From: Phormidium sp.
GTDB lineage: Bacteria; Cyanobacteriota; Cyanobacteriia; Cyanobacteriales; Aerosakkonemataceae
Assembly: GCA_051013385.1 (NCBI GenBank)
Contig: CP143273.1
Span: 1,184,001 to 1,248,000 of the forward strand
Direction of reading: 5' to 3'
Length of the DNA: 64,000 nt
Part shown: in pieces, positions 30,101 to 38,097 of the stretch
Position numbering within the stretch: the first letter of the stretch is position 1
Layout: the number at the start of each line of letters is the position of its first letter
Notes under the pieces: generated by a model
Databases searched by the model: none
Told to the model about the DNA's origin: nothing
Seen by the model: only the letters and a program-made list of their open reading frames with translations
Program-made: the position numbers and the translations under genes

Positions 30101-31190
30101 TAAAATCTTCACCTATTTGGGTGGCGCACATCACGATCATGCTGCAACAGATCATTCTCATAGTTCCGCCACACAAGAGACAAGGAACGAACCAGAAATT
30201 CGTTTAGATAAGGAATTTACTCCCCAAGGTAATTTAACCGGAATGTTAGGAAGTTTTGCAGATATTAATGGTTTATCAAGAGGTGAACCAGTAATATTTG
30301 CTACTGATTCTTCTGGCAAAGCAGGATTAATTCGTTTGCAAGAAGGTAATCGCGTAATGTCTCTTGCTGCTGGCGGAAACTTGTTTACTTCCGGCAATGA
30401 TTCCTATTACGGAGATACGGGAAGTAACACTTTATTTGGCAGTTCTGGTAATGATGAAATTTATGGTTTGAGTGGCAGCGATCAAATCAATGGCAACGCC
30501 GATAATGACACAATTTTCGGTGGTGATGATAACGATACCTTGCGCGGTGGTAAAGGTAACGACGTAATTTATGGCAACCAAGGTGAAGATTTAATATTTG
30601 GAGATTTGGATAATGATACAATTTATGGAGGCAAAGGTAACGACGTAATTTATGGCAATCAAGGTCAAGATGTGCTGAACGGAAACTTAGGAAATGATAC
30701 AATTTTCGGCAGCAAAGATAATGACTTAATTTATGGCAATCAAGGCAAAGATGTTTTGTTCGGTGATACAGGAAATGACACTGTTTATGGTGGTCAAGAT
30801 AATGACTTAATTTATGGTAATTTAGGTCAAGATTCTCTGTTCGGTGATGGAGGAAATGACACTGTTTATGGTGGTCAAGAAAATGATACTTTGAATGGAG
30901 GAACTGGGGATGATTGGTTAAGTGGTGATTTGGGTAATGATGTGTTGCAAGGTGGGGAGGGGAGCGATCGCTTTATCCTCGCCGCCAACAAAGGAAGCGA
31001 CACCATTGTTGATTTCCAAAATGGTAGTGATTTCATCCTTTTAACTGGCGGTTTAACCTTCGCTCAATTAACAATTAGTGAAAGCAGCGGTTCAACTTTA
31101 ATTAGGATTACCAACACCAATGAACTATTAGCAACTCTCAATGGTATCCCAGTCAGTCAAATAGGAACTGAAGATTTTCTTGCTTCATAA
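27177..31190 (+). CDS. Multicopper oxidase with FG-GAP repeats, His-rich patch and RTX tail
   Basis: HTHGLH, WYHPHLH, HPFHIH, HCHILFHEDAGM; GDINGDG repeats; many GGxGxD nonapeptides. Confidence 0.92.
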   Translation: MTTTQLRNAYIIGQENFQSWSQGFDQSNYLRVLPHPDQKVAYKDPFRDWQLDRPGNYISSWGPQEELNATLRMENINQVQIDGFGILKSGDGKIPWLPNANNQASNTPYEQLRGYNGTIPGPFLITEPGDTLNLWLENNLEQVTNLHTHGLHVTPMGRGDNVLHVVESGESWNQIIPIPDNHFIGPDWYHPHLHGLTNEQVSSGLAGQLLLTAPYNLPDLDKFNPKERPFHFMALNTFGVQQVNRQGSLTDPLNQNPTIALPAGTPLQVLGTENGQPVYELSDAVFMGYNAKPIPYDPTRPTGGAPGIFSYGGGPLAEAVENAIHTVNGQYNPTIEVKTGEWNLFAFTNMNSNAFHIIQLFKEEGDNLIPQEVTLVAIDGDAAGAVASNSRKISELPVLSPGQRLSVQEWFEKPGKYYFLSNGTEEIIGNNTSTLIKGKDGFADGHLIWGPQVLATVEVTGNEVPEGAPPEAYDTLIEQAQEIDEKVAAAKSGDFDRQRAFTWSANLGNALAIGNIPDDLEVPTFEGTYRINGEYFATEFGKSQVPLAMPMLGTTEVWSMKNISGKSDPNLPPEIDIPLLEWHPFHIHQNDFTVLEINGIPVSQLKSAYLDGVLSDTIGLPPTYDPSQPPNAENPYGIPMVNGETSEVKVVMEFEDFPGSYVNHCHILFHEDAGMMAPVRVVLNTDSTWLGLAGEQSNGKLDLYRASNLNQKISLSPFGAAFTGAIGLAIGDVNYKQKDNRNKNVTDNVTDIITIQSNLSSTETRFTIKVFDGQTLIEGQAQGVTQFDGLNQELVLTQFSPFANQTFTPNAKASVAAGDINGDGFSDIIVGVGGVANSSIEIYSGLDDRLIARINPFHHETGFTGTINLASGDIDGDNFDDVIVSQGSGGRGLVEVYSGRSIETKGSLNGKDTAHDTELLTQTFQPYGEFNGEIKVTSGYVLQRPDVPNGQAIQSYHANLTTMAVGNVPQGQEAVKIFTYLGGAHHDHAATDHSHSSATQETRNEPEIRLDKEFTPQGNLTGMLGSFADINGLSRGEPVIFATDSSGKAGLIRLQEGNRVMSLAAGGNLFTSGNDSYYGDTGSNTLFGSSGNDEIYGLSGSDQINGNADNDTIFGGDDNDTLRGGKGNDVIYGNQGEDLIFGDLDNDTIYGGKGNDVIYGNQGQDVLNGNLGNDTIFGSKDNDLIYGNQGKDVLFGDTGNDTVYGGQDNDLIYGNLGQDSLFGDGGNDTVYGGQENDTLNGGTGDDWLSGDLGNDVLQGGEGSDRFILAANKGSDTIVDFQNGSDFILLTGGLTFAQLTISESSGSTLIRITNTNELLATLNGIPVSQIGTEDFLAS

Positions 31191-31244
31191 ACTTTGTACG
31201 TTGTTGCGCTTCAGCGCTAAAAGCGCTAAAGCGCAACAACGTAC

Positions 31245-32285
31245 TTAAGTTAAACTCATCAAATTACACAACTTATAAACTGTTCTTGCACCAACATTTG
31301 CATCCCATTCATCATCACCAACTTCCACCACATCAAAACCAATAATTTCCCTACCACTATGCACAACTTCCCGGAATAAACAAAAAGCTTGTTCTAATTC
31401 TAAACCTCCCGGAACTGGAGTTCCTGTATTTGGACAAAGTTTAGGATCTAATCCATCAACATCAAAACTAATGTAAACTTGTTGCGGTAATTCTGCGACA
31501 ATTTGTTTACACAAATCCAACCAAGTCACACCAGCATAAAGCTTTTGCTTCAACATCGGATCGTAGTACGCCGAAACTCTACCTTCCGACTGCTTAATTA
31601 GATTAATTTCGCCCTCAGAAATATCCCGAATTCCCACCTGAACTAACTTAGAAATTTGCGGTATTTGCAAAGCATTAAACATAATTGAAGCATGGGAAAA
31701 CTCAAATCCTTCATAAGCATCACGCAAATCCGAATGAGCATCAATATGCAAAATTCCCAAATTAGGATAACACTCCGCCAATGCTTGCATATATCCTAAA
31801 GGTACACTATGATCGCCCCCTATTACCGCGACTTTTTTACCCTGATTCATCGCAGTTTTTGCTTGCTCAAACAGCCATTGATTAAGTGCTTGAGATTCGC
31901 GGTTAATCTCTTCCAGAATTTGCACCATTTCTGGAGCATCTTCCACAACTTTACCTTGTTCTAAATGCTCAATAATTCTGGCAGCTTTCTGTCTTAAATC
32001 GTCGCTTTTTTCCTGAATATCGGCAGAGATTTCTGCCATAAAAATCCCTTGTTGCCAGCCATCTGGATTATCAAAATCAAAAAGATCCAATTGACGCGAA
32101 GCTTCTAAAATTCTTCTTGGCCCTGCGGCTGTTCCAAAACCATAAGAAACGGTAACTTCCCAAGGAACACCAAACACAATAATATTAGCAGATTCATAAT
32201 CAAAAGGAAGCCCTAATAAATTGCCGTTATCAACACCAATTCCGTTAGGATCGAAGTTTTGCAGAATTTCTTCTCTAGTAGCCAT
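31245..32285 (-). CDS. Agmatinase/arginase family protein
   Basis: GGDHS, DAHSD, SFDVDGLDP, GTPVPGG. Confidence 0.92.
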   Translation of the reverse strand: MATREEILQNFDPNGIGVDNGNLLGLPFDYESANIIVFGVPWEVTVSYGFGTAAGPRRILEASRQLDLFDFDNPDGWQQGIFMAEISADIQEKSDDLRQKAARIIEHLEQGKVVEDAPEMVQILEEINRESQALNQWLFEQAKTAMNQGKKVAVIGGDHSVPLGYMQALAECYPNLGILHIDAHSDLRDAYEGFEFSHASIMFNALQIPQISKLVQVGIRDISEGEINLIKQSEGRVSAYYDPMLKQKLYAGVTWLDLCKQIVAELPQQVYISFDVDGLDPKLCPNTGTPVPGGLELEQAFCLFREVVHSGREIIGFDVVEVGDDEWDANVGARTVYKLCNLMSLT

Positions 32286-32383
32286 TGGGTAATTCCTAAA
32301 ATTTTCTGGTAGGTTAGCAAGAAGTGTCTCAATTAATGTTAATGTAGCGACACCTATTTATTTAACGCAAGTTGTTGGTTATA

Positions 32384-32803
32384 AGATCCCCCTAAATCCC
32401 CCTTACTAAGGGGGACTTTGAATTCCGATCCCCCTAAATCCCCCTTATTAAGGGGGACTTTGAATTCCGATCCCCCTAAATCCCCCTTAGTAAGGGGGAC
32501 TTTGAATTCCGATCCCCCTAAATCCCCCTTATTAAGGGGGACTTTGAATTCCGATCCCCCTAAATCCCCCTTATTAAGGGGGACTTTGAATTCCGATCCC
32601 CCTAAATCCCCCTTATTAAGGGGGACTTTGAATTCCGATCCCCCTAAATCCCCCTTAGTAAGGGGGACTTTGAATTCCGATCCCCCTAAATCCCCCTTAT
32701 TAAGGGGGACTTTGAATCCAGATCCCCCTAAATCCCCCTTATTAAGGGGGACTTTGAATCCAGATCCAGTTCCCCCCTTGGTAAGGGGGGTTAGGGGGGA
32801 TCT
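32384..32803. repeat. Nine tandem 42-bp hairpin units plus an inverted terminal unit (amplified MITE-like element)
   Basis: Unit GATCCCCCTAAATCCCCCTTANTAAGGGGGACTTTGAATTCC at 32385+42n; ends TTAGGGGGGATCT. Confidence 0.93.
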
Positions 32804-32879
32804 AACCGAGATCTTTGTAACTAACAACTTGAGTTATTTAGCAAACAAGTACGCCGCATTTATGATAGCGAGAAACACT

Positions 32880-34079
32880 ATGAAATTTACTCCTTCTTTG
32901 TTGACATTTTTCCTCTTGGTATTGATTTCTGGCTGTAATCAAAACCAGAAGACAACGGCAGAAGTTATCAAATCAACGCCACCGCAAACTTCCCCTAAAT
33001 CAACGCCTGTTAAATCTTATACCAAAGAAGCGAAATTAGTAGCAGTTGGCGATCTTTTAATGCACATGAGTTTAACTCGATCGGGTTACATTCCCCAACA
33101 GAAAACCTATAATTTTGATGGGTTTTTTACTGAAGTTAAGCCGATTATTTCTAGTGCGGATTGGGCGATCGCAAATGTAGAAACCACATTAGCAGGCGCA
33201 GAAATGGGTTACTCAGGATATCCGTTATTTAATGCCCCAGCACAGTTAGTAGATGCGGCGAAAAAAGCCGGATTCAATGTTTTAACAACGGCAAACAATC
33301 ACTCATTAGACAAAGGCGAAAAAGGATTAATTAACACTATTAATAATATCCGATCGCGGGGAGTTGCGTCAACAGGCACAGCGCGATCGGCTAAAGAAGC
33401 AGCCGAAATTTTAATGGTGAAAAAGAATGATATTAACATGGCGATTTTAGCTTATACTTATGGAACAAATGGTATTCCCATTCCCAAAGGTAAAGGTTAT
33501 TTAGTATCGCTAATTAACGAAGGCAAAATTATTAACGATATCGCTAGAGCCAGAAAACAGGGAGCCGATGTTGTAACTGTTGCCTTACATTTTGGCAATG
33601 AATATCAACGCCAACCTGATGCCAGACAAAAGCAATTAGTAGAAAGCTTAATTAAAGCAGGTGCAGATATCATTCTCGGTAATCATCCCCACGTTGTTCA
33701 ACCTTACCAAGTTTTTCGAGTTAAGGGTAAAGATGGAAAAATAAAAACCAGAACTGCGATTTATTCACTGGGTAATTTTATTGCAACTCAAAAAGGCAAA
33801 TACCGAAATTTGGGAGTGATATTTTCCGTGAAAGTTCGCAAGAATTTTCCGCAGAAAACTGTAGAAATTGCTGAAGTGGAAGCTTTGCCTACTGCGATCG
33901 ACAAATACACCCTAAACAACAAACTCAACTTTCGCGTTTTACCCCTCAGCGCCACCTTATCTCGCAAAGAAGTTCCATTTTTATCATCTCAAGAACGCTT
34001 GGTTTTAAAAGATCAACTTTTTGAAATGAAGAGTCATGTAAAATCAATGGGAGAGTACAAAACAATTACAGTAAAATAG
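32880..34079 (+). CDS. CapA (PGA_cap) family metallophosphatase-fold lipoprotein
   Basis: Lipobox LISGC; AVGD, NVET, ANNHSLD, LHFGNEY, GNHPHV, YSLGNF. Confidence 0.9.
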   Translation: MKFTPSLLTFFLLVLISGCNQNQKTTAEVIKSTPPQTSPKSTPVKSYTKEAKLVAVGDLLMHMSLTRSGYIPQQKTYNFDGFFTEVKPIISSADWAIANVETTLAGAEMGYSGYPLFNAPAQLVDAAKKAGFNVLTTANNHSLDKGEKGLINTINNIRSRGVASTGTARSAKEAAEILMVKKNDINMAILAYTYGTNGIPIPKGKGYLVSLINEGKIINDIARARKQGADVVTVALHFGNEYQRQPDARQKQLVESLIKAGADIILGNHPHVVQPYQVFRVKGKDGKIKTRTAIYSLGNFIATQKGKYRNLGVIFSVKVRKNFPQKTVEIAEVEALPTAIDKYTLNNKLNFRVLPLSATLSRKEVPFLSSQERLVLKDQLFEMKSHVKSMGEYKTITVK

Positions 34080-34111
34080 AACCAACCCGCCAAATTCGCC
34101 AATCAGCAATT

Positions 34112-34852
34112 ATGGTAAAACAACTACCATCCGACACCACACCCGCCATTATCTACCCCGAAAGTGATGGACAACCAATGGCAGATAATACCAAACAATT
34201 TCGCTGGATTGTCACAATTAAGGAAAATTTAGAAGTGTTATTTGCCGAAGATGCTAATGTCTTTGTTGCCGGAGATTTACTTTGGTATCCGGTTGAAGGA
34301 GATAACAAAACTCGCCAAGCTCCTGATACAATGGTTGTGTTTGGTAGACCAAAAGGAGACAGAGGTTCTTACAAACAATGGGAAGAAGATAATATTGCGC
34401 CGCAGGTAGTTTTTGAAATTTTATCGCCTGGGAATCGCCTCAAAGCAATGGCTCATAAATTGAAGTTTTACGAACGATATGGAGTAGAGGAATACTATGT
34501 TTATGAACCTGATGATGTTGAGTTGATTGGGTGGGTGCGATTCCCGCAGGGATCGCTACGCGAATCGCAAAATCAATTAGAATTAATTGACGAAATGAAT
34601 GGTTGGATTAGTCCTCGTTTAGGAGTGAAATTTCAAGTTACAACTAATAATTTGGAGATTTTTGCACCTTCAGGAGAGAGGTTTTTAACTTTTGTAGAAT
34701 TGGGACAATTGAAGGAACAAGAAAAGCAACGTGCAGAACAGGAAAAACAGCGTGCTGATGAAGCAGAAAGACAGTTGGAAGAGGAAAGATTGAAATATCA
34801 AGCTTTGCAGGAGTTGTTGCGAGAGAGGGGGATTAATTTAGAGGAGTTGTGA
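34112..34852 (+). CDS. Uma2 family endonuclease
   Basis: YPESDGQPMADNT, APD, VFEILSP, GVEEYYVY, coiled-coil tail. Confidence 0.92.
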   Translation: MVKQLPSDTTPAIIYPESDGQPMADNTKQFRWIVTIKENLEVLFAEDANVFVAGDLLWYPVEGDNKTRQAPDTMVVFGRPKGDRGSYKQWEEDNIAPQVVFEILSPGNRLKAMAHKLKFYERYGVEEYYVYEPDDVELIGWVRFPQGSLRESQNQLELIDEMNGWISPRLGVKFQVTTNNLEIFAPSGERFLTFVELGQLKEQEKQRAEQEKQRADEAERQLEEERLKYQALQELLRERGINLEEL

Positions 34853-35224
34853 TTAGTTAATATATTCGATAATTAATAAACGCAGATAATTGAGGGTTTC
34901 TACATAGCGTTTGATTTGGGGATAATCAGATTCATGGGAAAAATACCAATTGGTAAAATAGGGAACATCAAAGATTTTTAATCCTTGTAAATTCTCTGCT
35001 ATTTGTTGAGGGTTTTCTAAAGTATCATTGGCGATCGCTTGCGCGGCGTATCCGCGAATATCATCGGTAAAAATTTCGATGACACCTAAAATACTAAACT
35101 CTTGTGAATCTTCCCATAATGCTATTTTGTGCCTCTCTTCTTTGGTGTGCTGATAATCAGTTAGCAGTTGTTTGGATATGCGATCGATATATTCTTTAGC
35201 AGCTTTAGTATTTTCGTTAAGCAT
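34853..35224 (-). CDS. Hypothetical protein
   Basis: 123 aa ORF; no family recognised. Confidence 0.65.
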   Translation of the reverse strand: MLNENTKAAKEYIDRISKQLLTDYQHTKEERHKIALWEDSQEFSILGVIEIFTDDIRGYAAQAIANDTLENPQQIAENLQGLKIFDVPYFTNWYFSHESDYPQIKRYVETLNYLRLLIIEYIN

Positions 35225-35244
35225 ATATTAAGCAGAGGAGTACA

Positions 35245-35583
35245 ATGGATAAATTAAAGCATTATCGGCAAATCATTCAACAAGTTTTAACAGAATATCA
35301 CCAACTCAATGAAAAATCTGGTTCTCCAACTGAAAGTGTTTTAGCTTTTGATGAGGTACACGATCAGTACCTTTTATTGTTGATGGGGTGGCACAAAGAT
35401 GAACGGATTAAGAATGTGATGATTCATATCCGTTTAAAAAATAACAAAATTTGGATTGAGGAAGATTGGACAGAGGATGGCGTGGCGACAGATTTGTTGC
35501 AGAAAGGGATTGGAAGAGAGGAGATTGTTTTAGCTTTTCATCCACCTCATCTTAGACAATATACTGAATTTGCGATCGCGTAG
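35245..35583 (+). CDS. XisI family protein
   Basis: MDKLKHYRQII, KIWIEEDWTEDGVATDL, IVLAFHPP. Confidence 0.92.
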   Translation: MDKLKHYRQIIQQVLTEYHQLNEKSGSPTESVLAFDEVHDQYLLLLMGWHKDERIKNVMIHIRLKNNKIWIEEDWTEDGVATDLLQKGIGREEIVLAFHPPHLRQYTEFAIA

Positions 35584-35761
35584 CGACTCGATTTTTCAAA
35601 CTACTAAGTAGGGGAATGGGCGATCGCATTTTTTGTGGTTGGGGGGAGTGCGATCGCTACAATGATATAGCAAGCAACAATTTTCAAATGCAAAGATAAC
35701 CGTTGAAAAAACAAGTATCAACCAATAGTGTGCCATCCATTATCCAACCTCTGATGTAAAC

Positions 35762-35851
35762 TTATGCTGTAAAGAAGTGATAGAAAAAAACAACGATGAA
35801 GAAGATAATAAATGCTAACACTATAACAGGTAAAACAGCTTTAGGTTTCAT
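35762..35851 (-). CDS. Putative 29-aa single-TM peptide
   Basis: Not in ORF track. MKPKAVLPVIVLAFIIFFIVVFFYHFFTA; no strong RBS. Confidence 0.4.
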   Translation of the reverse strand: MKPKAVLPVIVLAFIIFFIVVFFYHFFTA

Positions 35852-35932
35852 AAAATTCTTAACAGTAGGTTTTAAATAAAGCTATTGACAAAACTTACAA
35901 CAGTAAAAGCCAGTGTTTATTTAGTTGTAGAA

Positions 35933-35996
35933 ACCTATCCAAAAACAAGAGTAGTTTCCAGTTGCAATAACCATTTTGGGAGGTTTTTGGATAGGT
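35933..35996 (-). terminator. 14-bp stem-loop downstream of 36008-36226
   Basis: ACCTATCCAAAAAC...GTTTTTGGATAGGT. Confidence 0.55.
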
Positions 35997-36007
35997 ACTA
36001 AGGAAAG

Positions 36008-36226
36008 CTATGTGTACATATTACGCATAGCTTCTAAGCGAGCCTCTTGCACTTTATCTTTTCCTACCTCACGAATCACCTCTGTAAGTCTGTGATTTGC
36101 TCTATGACAAGCTTGTTCGTGTGTCATACCTTTGTTTCGTGATCCGGCGTAGGTTCCTGTCCAAGCTGCTGCGCTACCGACGGCAATGGTAGTTACAGTA
36201 ATTACGGGGTCTGTACCATGACTCAT
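36008..36226 (-). CDS. Small hypothetical protein divergent from the HTH gene
   Basis: 72 aa with strong RBS AAGGAG. Confidence 0.75.
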   Translation of the reverse strand: MSHGTDPVITVTTIAVGSAAAWTGTYAGSRNKGMTHEQACHRANHRLTEVIREVGKDKVQEARLEAMRNMYT

Positions 36227-36309
36227 GTCTTTCTCCTTTAGTTGCTTATATTCTCGGTTAAACTGGATCTAACCTAAACTAGAAAAAGTAAAATTGGACA
36301 TATCTTAAG

Positions 36310-36380
36310 CTAGAAGAATCTAGGTTGTCACCAAGCCAGCACTAGAAATAGAATAGGATTAAGTTAGGAACTTTTCTAGG
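36310..36380. promoter_or_regulatory. About 11-bp phased NTAGR direct repeats
   Basis: CTAGA 36310, CTAGG 36320, (CCAAG 36331), CTAGA 36342, ATAGG 36353, TTAGG 36364, CTAGG 36376. Confidence 0.5.
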
Positions 36381-36391
36381 GAATTCACCTT

Positions 36392-36895
36392 ATGGCACCT
36401 GTACACGATCCGTTTTCAGAAGCAGCGATTAACTGGAATTTAGAAAGGTTGTATAAAGACCTTAGTTCTGCTAAAGGAAAACCCCTAACACCTGTTGAAG
36501 AACTACGTCTACGCGGTTTACTATGTGGTTATAGTCCAGCTGAGATTGCGGAAAAACTGGATAAAGATATAAAGGGAGTTGGAGTAGACTTTAGTAAGAC
36601 AATATACAATTACGTTAAAACGCTTCTTGGCAAAAATAGTGATGAAAAAATAGATAACTGGAGAAATATTACACAATGGTTGGAAGAAGCAGGGTATAGA
36701 ACTCAGGTAGCTTCTGAATATCAGTTAAATGATGGAGTATCTTTGAAGATTTTAGTTAAACAGGCTAATATAACTCTAGAAAAAAATCAATTAATTCTTG
36801 ATATTAATCTCAGGATAGTAACTCCTGCAACTTCAGATTCCACAATATTTCAAGATATACAAGTACAAGGCCAAGAAACCAACGGGAAAGAATAA
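36392..36895 (+). CDS. Cyanobacterial HTH-like putative regulator
   Basis: PFSEA..WNLERLYKDL..LRGLLCGYSPAEIAEKL; homologous to the N-terminus of 42878-45319. Confidence 0.8.
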   Translation: MAPVHDPFSEAAINWNLERLYKDLSSAKGKPLTPVEELRLRGLLCGYSPAEIAEKLDKDIKGVGVDFSKTIYNYVKTLLGKNSDEKIDNWRNITQWLEEAGYRTQVASEYQLNDGVSLKILVKQANITLEKNQLILDINLRIVTPATSDSTIFQDIQVQGQETNGKE

Positions 36896-36923
36896 AATTG
36901 CACATTAGATGAGGAATTAAATT

Positions 36924-37115
36924 ATGCTAGATCCGAAAGAGTGTGGCGAAATTCTCAGAAAACATTTTGCAGAAGTTACGCCTGAACAGTTTTTGGAAAA
37001 TCTGAAAAAATACTGCCCGGAAGTTTTCGAGGATGATATTGTTGATTCTTCCACATCCGAATCAGAGACAAATGAATCAAAAGATGAATTGGAAGAGAAG
37101 GGAGCAACGGCATAG
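36924..37115 (+). CDS. Small acidic hypothetical protein
   Basis: 63 aa with GAGGA RBS, co-oriented with the HTH gene. Confidence 0.7.
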   Translation: MLDPKECGEILRKHFAEVTPEQFLENLKKYCPEVFEDDIVDSSTSESETNESKDELEEKGATA

Positions 37116-37306
37116 GAATAAGAGTTAGGTGGAAATATTTATGTTTTTGGTGTGAGGTGCGATACGTGCTAGGCAAACGCTACGCGATCGCATTAAAATA
37201 ATATGTGGCACTAATTAGTCCTCTTCAGAGGACTTAAGCTATTAGCCTGGGAATTGATTCCCAGGCGGGTCATGCAACTTGTACCAAATTTCAATAAAAA
37301 TAATCC

Positions 37307-37570
37307 TCAATTAAGAAACTCAATTCCTCTCAAATTACCTGCTTCTTTTTGTAAACCTTTCAGCATTCGAGATTCTCCAACCCACTCATCAAACTCCATA
37401 TCTAATCGATGTTGAAGTTCATCATTCTCAAAGCGCCGCAGAAATTCTTCTGTAGACATCTGATATTTTGCTTCAAATTCTTGAATTCGTTCTTCTGTTC
37501 GACGGATACCAGCTTCTAGCGATCGCAATTTCTCGACCATCTCTTCTTCTATAAGTATCTTTAACGAATA
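37307..37570 (-). pseudogene. Probable 5'-truncated orphan antitoxin-like gene
   Basis: FEAKYQMSTEEFLRRF...FDEWVGE resembles cyanobacterial antitoxin-like proteins. The frame upstream of M37540 has no ATG before a stop, and no toxin gene follows. Confidence 0.5.
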
Positions 37571-37634
37571 TCGATAAAGTGCTAAAATTACGCTAGTATA
37601 TCAAACTAGCATAGGGAAATTTAGGAGAATTGCG

Positions 37635-38012
37635 ATGGAACTGGATAAAATTATCAAAAAAGTGACGGGGTTGTATTTAGGTTCTGCGATCGTGGCGGTA
37701 GCTGTTGCTATTGCAACTTTGGGAGAATCTTTTGTCATACTTCTTGGCATAGGTGTGTTCGGTTTGGTAACGCTTTTAGGCGATGCGATCGCAGAATATG
37801 GCGTTGACGCAGTACTGATTGCCATCTACATAGAACGTAGCAAAAAAGAATCTCTGGAGTCTCTGACTAAAGAAATCGAAGGTTTATTGATTACAGAACC
37901 CCTAAAGCTTAAACTGAAAAACGTACTAATCGCAAACAATATGATCAACAATACTGAAACTCAAAATGGAACTAAAGTGGAAAAAACTAGGACAGTTATA
38001 ATCGAGAATTAA
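37635..38012 (+). CDS. Small membrane protein (two hydrophobic helices)
   Basis: AGGAG RBS; hydrophobic hairpin followed by a charged helical tail. Confidence 0.75.
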   Translation: MELDKIIKKVTGLYLGSAIVAVAVAIATLGESFVILLGIGVFGLVTLLGDAIAEYGVDAVLIAIYIERSKKESLESLTKEIEGLLITEPLKLKLKNVLIANNMINNTETQNGTKVEKTRTVIIEN

Positions 38013-38097
38013 TATCGAATCCCAAAAGATAATACTACGACTGGATATCATAAGAAAAGAAACCCGGTTTCTTGAAGAAACCGGGTTTCTGGAATCA

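Noticed and set aside
32344..32357. NtcA site upstream of agmatinase
   Set aside because: GTA-N8-TAT is a mismatch and the spacing to the nearest -10-like box is not canonical.
32384..32803. CRISPR array
   Set aside because: No unique spacers, units are contiguous and near-identical, and there are no cas genes in the window.
32354..32879. ORF 32354-32827 and the repetitive N-terminal extension of capA
   Set aside because: Both arise from a stop-free 42-bp repeat; the lipoprotein signal points to a start at 32880.
35576..35585. Further CGCTACGCGA micro-element at the xisI stop
   Set aside because: Core is present on the minus strand, but there is no hairpin or second HIP1 half; may be chance.
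37582..37625. Third TAG-phased operator upstream of 37635
   Set aside because: Few sites, irregular spacing, and one is the RBS.
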